Part shown: positions 47,829 through 61,900 of the stretch, piece after piece | How positions within the stretch are numbered: position 1 is the stretch's first letter | Layout: each line of letters starts with the position of its first letter | Assembly: GCA_965207375.1 (NCBI GenBank) | Contig: CBDBMG010000003.1 | Span: 96,001-160,000 of the forward strand | DNA from: Nitrosopumilaceae archaeon | GTDB taxonomy: Archaea; Thermoproteota; Nitrososphaeria; Nitrososphaerales; Nitrosopumilaceae | Length of the DNA: 64,000 bases | Direction: 5' to 3' | Made by a program: the position numbers and the translations under genes | Notes under the pieces: generated by a model | What the model saw: only the letters and a program-made list of their open reading frames with translations | The model's database searches: none | What the model was told of the DNA's origin: nothing

Positions 47829-48094
47829 TTAGCCTTGGAGGCTTGCTTTAATTTGTCCAGCCAAGTTAATGTATCTTCCCTTCTCCAAGGCATTTATGAT
47901 ATCATTCCAACTTGGTTGTGAAGCCTGCTGAAGATATGTTCTGAGCATTGCATTTCGCTTCTGATCCAGAGTTTGATAACCTATATCAATCCCATGGGTT
48001 ACCTGGCCGGTGCTATCTTTTAAGAGAGGAGGGCAGACTTGGTCCCAATTAGCAACATTATGAAATAGTTGTACCAAAATATTGAACTCTGGTG
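47829..48094 (-). CDS. Terminal exon encoding a death-fold (death domain-like) module
   Basis: AG acceptor at 48095; VANWDQV...KRNAMLRTYLQ..PSWNDIINALEKGRYINLAGQIK resembles the death-domain helix pattern; upstream exons not resolved. Confidence 0.7.
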
Positions 48095-48607
48095 CTATTA
48101 AAATACAAAGGAGTAATTCTTAGCTGTAGTCAGCATACTCTCTGCTATACAATGGTGCAACAAGCTATGTATGTGCTGAAACAGAATTGTAATGATTGGT
48201 GTTTTATATACCAACTATATATGTAGTAGTGATGCCACAATATGAAATTATTTATGTCATGATAATCATGATATGCTTAATTAATAAACTAAACATGTTA
48301 ATATGTTAACTGGTAGCTAGGGCGGAGCAATAGTAAAAATTATACCATCATGATACGTAGTAGAAACAGTAATATTTATGATTCTGAATACAATCTTGTT
48401 AGCAGCATTAATTCATATTTAGCTATTATAATAGCTAAAAGCAAAGGAACATCAAGTATTGTCAGCGGTCATGACTCTAAGTTACGTACTACCGTATTTC
48501 ATCACATTGATAATTTTATCAGTTGAAACAACAAGTATACCTATTTCGATTATGTATATGGTACATATTTCCTTTACTGCATAAAATTTTCAAAATCTGT
48601 TAACTGC

Positions 48608-49659
48608 GGGTAAGTAAATGGGAATGGGAATGGAAAACATGAACGGGAACCTCCATGGGAACTCATAAAATTCATTGCAAAACAGCTTTTGCTCCTTCTC
48701 TAATAAGGTTTATAAAGCTGTGTGAGCCAAGCCAGTAATGTAATATTTTGGCTTACTTGCCTATCGCGCTGAGTGGCCCAACACGATCTCAAATCACATA
48801 CACTTTGGCTCAAATCAATTTTCAAAACACAAATCGGTGATACACAAAATCAGTTCTCAAAACACAAATCAGGCTCTCAAATCATAAAAATTAATACCTA
48901 AATATGAATCAAGTTTCGCCACTGACTCTATAATGTACTTCCTATATTTTTATCTTAGAAGGCACATAATGAGTTGGCTGTGCTACGTATATCACAAGTG
49001 TTTGTTTTTCTGCAATGCAGTGGACAATCATGCGGCGTTCAGTTATTTTCAGTTTTTTAATGAAAGTGTAGCATACATCTTTCTAGTCGATTTTACTCAT
49101 TGATTTATCATTGTCCATATTTATTTAGTATTTAGAGATTTATAAAGCAGTTTTCAAATCACAAATACAGTTTTCAAATCATGAATACCCACGTGCACAG
49201 TTTTGAAATTACAACTGTTTTCAAAGTCACGTACACCAAACTTGCTTGCGACGGACCCCTCGTACTAAGCGATCAAGCTGGAAATAATCGATACATTTCT
49301 ACAGGTATAGCTACTTATACTTTTATAAACCTAAAAATACTCTACTTATGTAACACTCACTTTGTCAGCTTACTTGATGGTCGAGCCACCAGGCTGTTTC
49401 AAGTGCATGTTGGCGTAAGCACCTGCACTTATATTGGTGAAAATATTGCACACTTATAACTATCCGCCTATAACACTGCAACACCGGAAGCAGTCTTGTG
49501 ACTCAACAAGCCCTGCGCGATAGGAAGAGTAAGCCAAAATAGTACAGTACTATAGCTTAGCTCATACATTAGAGAAGGAGCAAAGGTTATTTTATGGTTT
49601 GCAACAAATTTGATGTGTTCCCAATGGAGGTTCCCATTTCCCTAGAATTCTACTTGCCC
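48608..49659. mobile_element. MULE-like non-autonomous element with ~170-bp TIRs and 9-bp TSD
   Basis: gggtaagtaaat / ctacttgccc ends; TSD gttaactgc/attaactgc; arms share tttgctccttctctaat and tattttggcttac. Confidence 0.75.
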
Positions 49660-50175
49660 ATTAACTGCATGAGATTCTCTATTGAAAGCTGTCTGAATGG
49701 TAAAAATTGTGTTAGATTCTTATGTTCACATACAACTTATATCATTTTGAAATTTAAAAGTGTGGTCAAATTTCATGCGCATATACGTAGCTAGCTAACC
49801 TCTGTGTCCTCATGCCGGGTCATAATTTGAGAGTGCATATAGTTGTGATGAAGTTATTAAAGCAATGAGGTTTATCCAGTTACTAGTTATAGGCTGAGTG
49901 ATTATCGTGATTGTACTCACTACCCTGATATTTTGGAGCTATTCATGAATAAGATAATAGACTGCCTGACCATTTGAATAGTAATTTGGAATTTTTATAG
50001 GATATTTTGTGCCGGTTTTCTCATGCCGGGTCACAAATTTGTTTAGATAAGATGCTTATTTCATAACCTACATAGTTTGCATTAATTTTTATATTATTTA
50101 TGTATGTTGCATATCATGATAATCATGAAATTTTATACCATCCATGATAATTGACTGTACAGTATAGCTATTATT

Positions 50176-50498
50176 ACTAGCATTTAAAAAAAGGGAGTAG
50201 GGATTGCAACAAAAAGTAAGGAAACAAGTAGCAAACTAGCTATAATAGTTTGCTAGCCTGAGAGCACCCAAATCTACAAGATTTAATCCGTACTTTGACA
50301 GGCGTAGCTATATACATTGCATGATGCTTAAATAATTATTAAGCTATGTATACGCCTGTCAAAGTAGGGATTAAATCTTGTAGATTTGGGTGCTCTCAGA
50401 CTAGCTAACTATTATAATAGTTAGTTTGTTACTTGTTTCCTTACTTTTTGTTGCAATCCCTACTCCTTTTTTAAATTTTAAATTTTTTAAATGCTAGT
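50176..50498. repeat. Palindrome with ~130-bp arms and ~45-bp spacer
   Basis: gagagcacccaaatctacaagatttaatcc / ggattaaatcttgtagatttgggtgctctc. Confidence 0.92.
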
Positions 50499-52321
50499 TT
50501 GTTTACTTTTTATGGTACACTTTGTAGCTATATAGATATACAAGTATTCACAACTGCAGACAAAATTTTAAGTACTATAGCTATGTATGTAGCTTGTTTA
50601 AAGGTTTTTTAATTGCATGCAGTGCCTATGTGAACAGCCATACACACATTCTAATCTTGCAAGCCCCAGACCCAATTTACGTGCAGCTGGGCCCAATCAA
50701 TTAGAGATGGTAAGCGCCGGCAGTATAGGCGCTTATCATCTCTAATCGATAAGGCCCTGCACGTAAATTGTGACACTAACTTAGTAACTGACGTTCCTGA
50801 AATATTAAGACTAAAATCAAATGTGCACAATAATATACAGCATCAATAAACTCTAGATATTCGCTGACAATATTACAAAATTCTTATACTCTGTAATGGC
50901 AACACACTGATGGCCTAATAATATCACGTGTGCAAGCCATGGTTTTATATGATGTAATAGGCTAATCGACACCTTTCGTGAGTTTTCTCACCTTGCTAAG
51001 GGAATATAGAAGAACAAGGAAGGGAATAAAGGATAATAGGAATCGCCATGGCGCAGTGGGTAAATTGTCTTCGGAACAACAGTTTCGTAAATGCGACGCG
51101 ATTACCTTGCTGTGTTGAATTTCTGGAGCCGTACACCTAGCGTTACGGCAGGCTGGCTGGCTGGCTGGCAGGCAGACAAAATCCAGTTAATTTTCGAAAT
51201 TTTCATAATTCACTGTAGATCGAAAATATCGGCTTTTCGCTTCGTTTAACAAAGGTACAGCATTATTACAGCTGTACCAATGCTAAGTAGGTATTTTCGG
51301 CTAAAGCCTATTGTAAAGTGGTTTTTACAAGTGTGAAAAATTCGGAAGCCACAAATTTTCATGGCAATCCCTACTAATACGTAAGTACTACCATACTTAA
51401 TGATATATATTTGTGGCATCATATAGCTACTACATAATATTATATAGCTGTGTACGTATGTAACTCAGGTACAAGTGTATATCATTTTCAAAAATTATTT
51501 CAGTTAAACCTGTCTAATCTGGTCACCCATGGGCCACAATTTGCTGACTTTATTAAGCAGCGACATAGTTGCATTAGGAAGGTCACTTTGTACATGCATA
51601 AATTACATGTGTACTAGGAGATTTTTGAGTTGGCTGGTTTAAACAGGTTACTTTATTACATGGTGACCTAATTAAACAAGTCCCACTGTAGCTGCAAAAA
51701 TTTGAATGGCGCAATCTTATTTTTTATTACTATATGAGAGGAAAAGTATCAAGCAAATCATCATTACAAACTAACTACGTACATTGTTCAAATATGTTGT
51801 GTACTTTTCTTTTACATAGAGATTGGTTCTCTTGGACAAAATTGATTTAACCACCAGGTTACTTTGTTGCTCCAGTTTTACATTGTTTTCATGTATATTC
51901 ACTTGCTTTATTATCCTCAAAATAGTGACTTTGTATCGCACAAGATTGAATTATGTACGTACATATGACTTATCAAAGACTAGCACATGGTCTATAGTGT
52001 GATGTAGCCGCATTACTATACTGCATGTATGTAGTACGTACAAGACACAGGGAAACCGTTATACAGATCTTGACTTTTTCGGAGTCAGTGTATACATATA
52101 AACTGCCCCTAGTCTCAATTTAGTGCATAAACAGGGTGGTATTTGCACTGTTTATGTACGTATAACTATATACACTGACTCCAAGATTTGTATAGCAGTT
52201 TTCTGTGAAGATTACTATGAATGGCAATTTGAAAATTTTCTGAGTACAGAAAAGAGGAAGCAAATTTGTAAAAAACGTATGCAAGCAACAAGCAGTAGAG
52301 GTTTAATTTAAATCTGTATAT

Positions 52322-52739
52322 ATATGCTAAACAAAAACAGCCTGGTTGTAAAAAAAGTGTGAGGCCAATCAGAAGCCACAAATATAAGCGACCAAAAACT
52401 CTGATATCAAGTAAGGCCAAGAAATTGAACATTTTATTAAGAATCTTTTTACTTGAATGACATACAATAGTTTACAGGGCATTTTCACAACTATGATTGG
52501 CTTTGTCACTTGGCCACCTTATAAAAGATGATAGTGCAAAAAGGTGGCCAAGTGACAAAGCCAATCATAGTTGTGAAAATGCCCTGTAAACTATTGTATG
52601 TCATTCAAGTAAAAAGATTCTTAATAAAATGTTCAATTTCTTGGCCTTACTTGATATCAGAGTTTTTGGTCGCTTATATTTGTGGCTTCTGATTGGCCTC
52701 GCACTTTTTTTACAGCCAGGCTGTTTTTGTTTAGCATAT
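52322..52739. repeat. Near-perfect palindrome, 199-bp arms and 20-bp spacer
   Basis: Arms 52322-52520 and 52541-52739 are reverse complements with ~2 mismatches seen. Confidence 0.95.
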
Positions 52740-55700
52740 CACTGCTTTTTGTAAATATTCAAAAACAGATTATATACTATAAACAAGTCCTGACAAGAAA
52801 CCTTATATAAAGTATGCAGAGTAATAAAATTTTAAAGGGGAGAGGAGGAAGTTAATATGTTGGGTATTTCCCTTGTATTCCCCCAAATAACTAATGAACA
52901 TTATAAAGTATGTGTTATTATAATATAATTGTTAGCTATGTAGGTGGAGAACAGTTGAGAACTTCAATGAAGACTACATCATTGCCATCCTCTACTGTTG
53001 ATTGATCTACAGGAGAAGACAATTAATATTATAGTGCAAAATATTGTGTATGCTAATAGTGACAGTGGTCTCCTATTTATAATGTGTGGCCACTGTTCAC
53101 CTCTTGTTGTTTTGTATAATTATCATGGCACATTAACATGAATGAAATCGTTAAAGGCTAATTTTGATAAACTGAAGTGTCATAATTTCTTTAAACTTAT
53201 CCTGAAGATTTATATATCAATATAGCTTGTGTATCTGAAATTTCATTCAAATGATTTAGAGGGGGTCCGAGTTATGGAAACTATCAACATACAGTGTAAA
53301 AGTATCTCTCAAATACATTGAGGTATTTGCTTTATGCTGAAAGTTGTTTGTCTGGTAGAGCATACATAGGAGAAGTGTTGATACAAATTTGGTTGAAATC
53401 CATGCAGAAATGAGTGAGTTATTAGACAAACAAGTGTATGTACTAAATGAGTGTTATTCCGGGATTCACGCTGGGGGTCACGCAAGCCCACGAAAAGTGT
53501 GCGATGAAAATAAAAGAAAGAAAGAAAGAAAGTAGAAAGAAAGAAAAAGAAAAACGACGGCCGCGTAAAAAAATTTTTACTGGAAGGAGGACTTTATAAG
53601 GCTGTATCAGAAGACTGGCTGATCCGATTTCGATGAAATTTGGGTTACTGATTCTACATTAAATTAAGGTACTATTCTCTAATTAACGAGCGAAAAGGGG
53701 CGGGGCAGATGAGATACTCTTGCCAAGAGTTTGCTGTGGATATTGCTTTTCATATTGCTCTCCTAATCACTCAATAATGAATATGCAATTTAATTCCTTT
53801 GATCAGTTACATATGTCTCACTAGCTATATGATTATGATAACATCATGATTGTACAATCCAATAAATTGGCTTCAACCACACTAGGGATGGGACGATACT
53901 CAATATTATCGTTGAAAGGCAATACTCAACTAGATGATACTGGTATTGTTAGAATCTAGTGCTAAACAATAATATCGGCATTATCGTGCACTCGCAATAA
54001 ACTAGCTTGCACTGTTACAACTTTGTCATTCATTTATCCGCTTATCCAGTTTACTCATGCTGCAGCCTAAATACTATCACATGGCTTCATACTTATAATT
54101 ACGACGTAGTTGTAAAAATACAAATACCAATTAATACCTATACTAATAGCTGCTACCGTGATACTAAAGTTAGGCAATAATTGTTAAGTGTAAAATTAGT
54201 ATTGTCTCACCTCTACATGCAACAAAACAAACTGTGATACGTAGCTTAAACCTATAAGGCTTAGTATAAAGTTATAACTACATACCATATTACTCAACAT
54301 TAAATTTTCATTAGAATGGTTTCACTGGCAAACGACTCCGGTAAAAAGTATTCATCCTAGGAAGACTAAACAACAAGTATTCCAAGTAAGCATTTTAAAG
54401 GCCTAGCCCCTGGTCCCGTAGTTACTATTATTATACACTATGATTTATACGCATCATAAAAGGGTCGGCACACCAGATTATAGGTATAACTTATTATAGT
54501 GTTTAAGCCGGCTGCTAAGCCTGTGCAGTGTAAAAACGGACACCACATAGCTACGTACGTGGCTAGCTATGCAGTATTTATCATGTCGATCCCTATAGCT
54601 AGCTGTCGTAGCTATAGCTAGGCACCGCATAAAACGGGTCGGCCGGCTAGACTAATATACGTAGCTTTATGTCGTACTATGATTATAACTGAAGTCGTAT
54701 AACAGGAAACCTTAGCAAAGGAGCATCACCGGCTCTGCTGAAACAGTAACGTCGCCCCACAGCCTGGGACGCATAATTTGCATTCGAGGCACCTGCTGAG
54801 CATACATAATGCCTTATACATTTAGATTAGCTAGGTATATGCAGTAATAGCTAACTTCTTGTCTGACTATATTATATATATATATATATTAGCGTGCAAA
54901 ATTTAGCTATAGCTAGCTACGTAGCTATACGGTACAGATTTAATGCAACGTAGCAATCGCTCGCTCGCGAGTACGGGTGAAACTGATTCTTTGCAAGTAT
55001 CACCTTAGTTGAGGAATCAATTCATAAGCGGTGTAGCACCTGTGGAATATCCTTATATTGAAGTAGCAAGACGAAGTAGCTACTATACAGTTTATAAAGT
55101 GGGGCGTGGAACAGCTATATGATAATATTGTCTTGCACTTGCAAATCAATCAATACCTCCGTAAAGGAGAGCTACCCATGTAGAGGGGGAAAAGACACAC
55201 AACTGATAAAAATATAATTAATTAGTCAGTCAATAATCTTCGAGTCGCAACGTGAATGCTCAGTGTTACACGCACTCACAAGCGTTGCTACTCGCGATGT
55301 TGCATTAAATACGCATATAAGGAATTTAGCTGGCTACGTGTATGAGTACGTACGTACCTGATTCCACGAATCTGACAATACAAACCTGCAGCTTTATTAC
55401 AAAAGAAACTAAAGAGTATAGCTCGCTATAACCGACCTTTGAAATCCTATATGTAAAACGATCATGTACGCCTAAAAATCGAACATTTATAGTATTTCAT
55501 CGCGTGAGCACAGTGATTATAGTAGTTGCTATAATAAAAATTTCCATGCATGCAAGTAATAAAAAGATAATATTGTGGTCAAAACTTCTCATGAGATCAA
55601 TAAGAAATCAAGACGGAATCTGCACGACATCATCTGTGATTCCCACAAAATAGAGTGAATAAACAAATTGGATTCCACCGTGATCCATATCCAAATTGCT

Positions 55701-56105
55701 ACGCCTACAAGGCACAGAATAATTGCTCAATTTGCTGATATAGAGCAACATTCCAGTGATGCTAAGGTTAAGGCTGTTTTGTGGCAATTACATTTGACTA
55801 GGACAAAATTAATTCCACTGTGTTATAACCTGATTATTAAAGAATGAAACAAAAATTACGTAATTTTATAGTAGCTATTTGCTATCCATATTCTGGCCAA
55901 ATCTGGTAGATTCATATGATTGGAACCATGTAAAATAGGAACATATAGCTACGTATGTTGCAAAGCATTAACATTCTAGTTAAAGCACTCTCCAAGTATA
56001 TACATATGTAAGGAAAATACAACATAATGATATAAATAGGGGGCATGTCAAAAGATAAATACAGCATGAGGCAAAGTGTATTTATCTCAAGACACAACTC
56101 CAAAT

Positions 56106-56851
56106 GTGACTGGATTTGCGAAAACCGTCCCTAATGGCACAAGAATTGAAATCACCTAGACTCAAGCACTATACATATACACCATTCACGGGGCTATAGA
56201 TGGCCAGTTCTGCTTTTACAGGCAGTCTTTTTCCCACCCTGCTAAACCACGTCGGTCCACTACAGGGTGCATGGGGCCACTGGGGGGCACTAATAAGGCT
56301 ACAAGCACTATACATATACACCATTCACGGGGCTATAGATGGCCAGTTCTGCTTTTACAGGCGATCTTTTTCCCACCCTGCTAAACCACATCGGTCCACT
56401 ACAAGGTGCATGGGGCCACTGGGGGGCACTAATAAGGCTACATGGTGTGTCAGGCTGCTGCCAATGACCGTCTCGGCCTACCATGTCGACTGTGGCTGTT
56501 TCTGTGCCCTACTGGGGACACACTGCTGCTGTCTGTCTCCTCGTGGATGGTATAACCCGCCTTCAGCTCCCCACCCGCCCCCACTGCCCACCCCTCCCGC
56601 CCACCCACCCCCTATAAACTCTATTCGTGATATTACAGCAGTTGGAAAAAAACTGTCTCAAAACCCAGCAGTATCAGCTATGTGGTAGAATTAGTTAAAA
56701 AACAATAGCTACATAAGTAGTCTACTTATACTGTTAGTCTGGCGTGGCTACATTGTAGCACAAGAGAACCACAGTGGCTTCAATATTTCAAATTGGTATT
56801 TCTCAAAACACAAAATGTGCCCTTAAGGATGGTTTTCGCAAATCCAGTCAC
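56106..56851. mobile_element. Sola1-like element (TSD AAAT) with internal ~139-bp tandem duplication
   Basis: gtgactggatttgcgaaaacc / ggttttcgcaaatccagtcac; block caagcactat...aataaggctaca occurs twice (~56163-56442). Confidence 0.8.
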
Positions 56852-57362
56852 AAATGATGTTTCTTTGTGTAATGAGCTATGTACGTAAGGTGCTTTAGCT
56901 GTTATCTACATAACTACATATGTATATTAATAATTGTGCTTCTCAGTCACCTAAAGGTGCAGAGCAGCAGATCATCGAGTGCGATGATTCAAGTTGTTAG
57001 AAGGTTTGAGCTACGTAATTAACTAGGCATGAATCTAAGTATGCAGCTAGCTGTAAGTTTCTGGTGATAGGGGCATCATGCAGTATTGACTGCTGTATCG
57101 ACACGCAAATTGACAACATAATTACTCAATTAGTAGCAAAAATGAATTTAGTTAGTGCTGGATAACGTTTGACACACATAAGGTGGTGCACCATACAAAG
57201 TGCTTGTTTTAACAGATAAATGTATTGAATAGTGTTAATTGTCATCATTTGGAGTTTTACACCAATAACAAGAAATTATCCGTACAGCATCCTTGCTAAC
57301 TACGTACCTACTTGATGGAAAAAACACATTTAGCTAGTCCCTTTGATCCGTCCACACAAAAT

Positions 57363-57595
57363 GTGACCAGGCCTGAGAAAACCAGTCTTATCTACACATA
57401 AATTTTGACCTAATTTTTGCTCTTTCAAGTTTAATACGTTATTCTTTTTCCTAACATAATATTTTAATACAAATTTCATCATCTATGCAGAATTTCCTAA
57501 GGAATTCAACAAAACTTACAAGAAATGAGATAGACACCATGATATGAATAGGTGTAGTTTGTGTAGATAAGATTGGTGTTCTCAGGTCCAGTCAC
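57363..57595. mobile_element. Sola1-like MITE
   Basis: gtgaccaggcctgagaaaaccagtcttatctacaca / tgtgtagataagattggtgttctcaggtccagtcac; flanks AAAT/ATAT. Confidence 0.7.
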
Positions 57596-57640
57596 ATATA
57601 CAATTGAGCTCAGTCTGTATGTTTTACTTGTTCAATAATT

Positions 57641-58263
57641 GTGACCGGATTTGATAATACCCGGCTTCCACACACAATTATAAATATTTAGAAATACTGG
57701 TTTTAATTATTTAATTCATTCTATCTCCGGAAGGGAAGGAGCTGCATGCATGCAATTTGCCACAATTATGTAGCTGTTTATAATCTTTCAGTGCATCAGC
57801 TCTCCATTGGATAGCTGTTTGAATTGCCCGCCATTTTAGATAATCTATAAAACGGGCACAGTCAATATCACAAATACCTCTATATAGGGGCGGAGGGTGG
57901 GTTACAGGTTTATAAAAACTTCACGAGACCGAAACACAGCCAAATAGCCTTACTTGAGGCCCTTGTAGGCTTCAAAAGTAGCCAAATCGATAACTAAGAC
58001 AACTATCCAATCTCCGGACGGTTTCCAGTCAGGTCACTCAGGTGGCTGCTTTTCAAGTCCCACCAGAGCCATTTAAAGACCACCCAAGCACTCATGGACG
58101 TCTGATAGGCCCCACAAACAAGCCACAGGAAAAGCAGACCGGAGAACTTTAACCACCAATACATGCATGGACTATTAGCTAATTGACATAGCTATCGAGT
58201 AGTGGTGAAAAGTGTATCTGGTTATTGTGTGCATCAAAGATGGCTTTTGTCAAATCCAGTCAC
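57641..58263. mobile_element. Sola1-like element (TSD AATT)
   Basis: gtgaccggatttga / tcaaatccagtcac flanked by AATT. Confidence 0.7.
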
Positions 58264-58989
58264 AATTATGTAAGAGCTACATATATTAATTGGTTGCTAG
58301 TTAACTTCGATCCCTATTTCCATTGAATATTACTAGTTTGGTCAGTTTAGCTACAGTATATAAAAAGTAGCTAGCTATGTGGTGAACCTGATGACTTTTA
58401 AGTGGCTGCTCACTCTGCATGGGTTTGACGATATGCCCATCAGCTTGTAATGCCTGCATATAAGTGGCCTGTTAGGTAAGAATATACATATGAGACACAA
58501 TATCTTAATATGTGACCCGACATGTGAAAACAGGACTTATGTGCACATAAAATGCGATTTATAAGTAATCATAGGAGTCTAATAAAATTTACACCATTTA
58601 TGTAGCTTTTCATAGGGAATCTCATTAATTTTAGCTTTTTTGCGTTGACATCACAGTGTGTATAACAATTAATTAATAAAAGTGCCTCTGCAGAAGACGG
58701 CGAACAGCGGACCACCCCTCAGTAACTCCTAAGGGCAGTGGAATGGTGGCCCAAATAGTGACAACCATGCCCAGAAAAATGTTTTCACATAAATCCAGTG
58801 AATTGTATTTGGTAGGGCTTTGCAGCAGCAAATGACATGCTGCAGATGGCGGGGATGAGTGACAGAGACTGGCAAGAGTGGGGCAGAAAGTCTGAAGTGG
58901 TCCTCAACATTGAGAATCCAGTAGCTTACACAGCAGGTCAATAACACTGGCCTTACGACGAGAAGTCAAGGATAAAAATGTTGTTCCAT

Positions 58990-61900
58990 ACAATTTCTCA
59001 GCCATCTTTGTATTGAAACCAACTTGTGTAAATGAGCAGCAGAAGCTCCCATAAAAATGATGCCACCATATTCACATACAGACCTAACAAAAGATGTAAA
59101 AGTACGTAACATCAAAGCCATGTACTCTCATTGAGGTATTCTCTAACGTGATAGAGAATACTTAATTGTTGACAACAACAGTAGTCAACTGATCAATCAT
59201 ATAGCTCCAAGCAAGTTTACGATCAAAATAAATACCCTAAATTTTCAAACATCAACTTCTTCAATGGGAAGAGTGGCCATAGGTGGGCAAGGGTGGAGGA
59301 AGCTACTGAAAGTTAGGGGGGCCACTTAGCTAAACTCAAGTGATTTTCTATTGCAAAAATTGAATTCCTATGGAGTCTTAAAATTTAAGAGGGGCCATGG
59401 CCCCCTACTTCCGCCGCCTATGGTGGTGGGTGTATAAACTAACATCTCTCTTATGTGAAACACAAAGCCAGTGACACTTAGCAGGCTCAAAATTAATAAT
59501 CCACATCTGTCAGGGTCAGATCAATCCACATATCCGGGTCAAATGGGTCACTTTTTCTCCAGGTCAAGTTTGGATCAGTTGACCTGGATTAATACTCTAT
59601 AATACTAGTGATTGTTTTATTAGAGAGCATTGATGTTTGTCAAAGTATAATGCTGTGTTAGTCATTCATTTCACAGTAAGACATTTTAACCAACTGTACA
59701 TTACTAAAAGGATGGCCGAGGCACTTCAGTTTTAAAAGTGGGCGTGCCATGCGGGTTTCAAAGATTATAAAAGAAGACTGGGTTTTACGTAAAACAACTT
59801 TATAGCTGGTTTAAGTTATGTTGAGTATTGTTGCTCTGTAGATTTCAAGTTCTAAAAATCCGGGTCACCATCCGGGTCAGCAGGTCAATATCAATGCCGG
59901 GGTCAGCGGGTCAACTGGGTCAATATCTTTGACCTGGTTTCAACTCTGATCCGACCCCACGAGCATTTGTTTCATCAGCTGCAGTAGTCCTATCATCTGA
60001 GAATCATCAGCATACTGAAGTAATTATATAAATCACAACTGTGATACAAAATTTGAGCTGAAAGATGACGAATACATATTAAACAATATAGGGGACCAAA
60101 TGCCACCCTGAGGAACTCCTGCAGTGAATGGCCACTGGGATGAGGTGTCTTCATGAGCAACAACATACAAGCTTCTGTCACAGACTCACAGATATACGTA
60201 TGAATGCAGCGAACAATAAGCCTTACCCCTTATTCTCATACTCCAGAGGTGTTGTAATAATCCACCCCGCCAAACACTATCAAATGCTCCATGAATGTCC
60301 AAGGACACAATTCGACATGCTCTAAAGCCTGTATAATGCTAAAGCAGCTCCACAATATTGAGCCCCAGTGCCTTCATTATTATTGTTGGTGATTTTAATG
60401 TTCACGAACGTGGATGGTTAGGCAGTCCCTTCTGCTGGTGCTGCTGTTCGTGGGTTCTGTGAACTGTATAGACTTTCCCAGTTAGTTGAGTATTGGATCT
60501 GGCGATCAGTGAATATACTGGAACTGTTTCCTATCATCCATATTTGGGGGCTAGTGATCATAAATTATTGCTATTTTAATGTGAAATTTACATATGCCAT
60601 CTCCATTACCTTCTAGAAGGGTACGTATATCATTGGAACTCTGCTCCATGGAATCATATCCATGGTTACTTTCATCGAGCCCAATGGGACATGTTGAAGT
60701 CTGAGCCTATCTCTGATGTTGTTGATGCCCTTGTTAAAATTCTTAAAGAAGTTCGTGATCATTAGGTGTCCTCCACCGTATCTATTGTTAAACATCCAAC
60801 TGTATGCTGGAATTGTTTTTGCCAACGTGCCTACAAACAAAAACTGCAGGCTAGGCATGATTAGCCAGCTTATTGTAAGTACTTCTGTGATTCCAGCTAA
60901 GCGGGCCCAAGCTATTGCCCTTCATCATCATCGAAGATCTCTTCTCACTAAACTGCAATCAGGAACTAATGATCGTATATGGTGGAATCTTACTAAGAAT
61001 ATTAGCGGACTATGTAAATCTGATTTGCCCCTGATGTTGACAGTCTTGCTTCTTATTTTGTGAGCAAGGCATCACTGTCTGCTGATTTAGATCCTACTTT
61101 GTCTACTATGTGTCTAATGTAACTTGCAAAATATCTTGGTGGGTGAAACTTTCTAAGGTACGCAGTGTGTTAAGTTCTCTTGATGTGAAGAAAGCTTCAG
61201 ATGGTGTTTAATATTTTGAAGTACTGTTGTGATAAACTTTGTTATTCAGTGTATTTATTGTTTCATTGTGTGTGTAGAGCTGGGGAGTTTCCACTTGCAT
61301 GAAAGGTCTCTCATATCACCCCTGTTTACTAATGTAAAGGCTCTGTCACTGACCCACGATTTTGTCGCCCGATCACTGTGCTCCCTACATTGGCCATGGT
61401 TATCGAGCGAGTTATTTACTCACAATTATATCGACACATTTCCCCCTACATTTTATCCACTCGGTTTGGGTTTATTATCAATTAGAGTCATATCAAACAC
61501 ACTGGATTGTCGATGTAATTTATGGACAAAATCATTGTTTCTTGATAAAGTACATCTGAGGTCCCAGACATATAATACATCTCACAATCAACAGAATTCA
61601 TCAGTAAATTATCTCTATGCAATAATAGAACTCCACCGCCGTGGCGAGAGTGGTCATGACGAGCATCAGTGACATACGTATTCCACATCTGCAATGGTTC
61701 ACTGACAAGAGAGGTGCGATAAAGTCTGGGAGCAACAGCAGCAAGCTGGTACTCAGTTAATTCAGGGAATCCCTGATGATATCCTCAAATATTAGAAAGA
61801 TAAGCATTAAGCGTAGCTATTGCACTACACAGTAGAACGCACTGTAAATGTCCTCTGAAATGAAACTGGCTCATTCGGACCTTCTGACAATAGAATAGCT

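Noticed and set aside
56200-56688. 162-aa Pro-rich ORF
   Set aside because: Lies inside a Sola1-like element and its tandem duplication; no protein motifs
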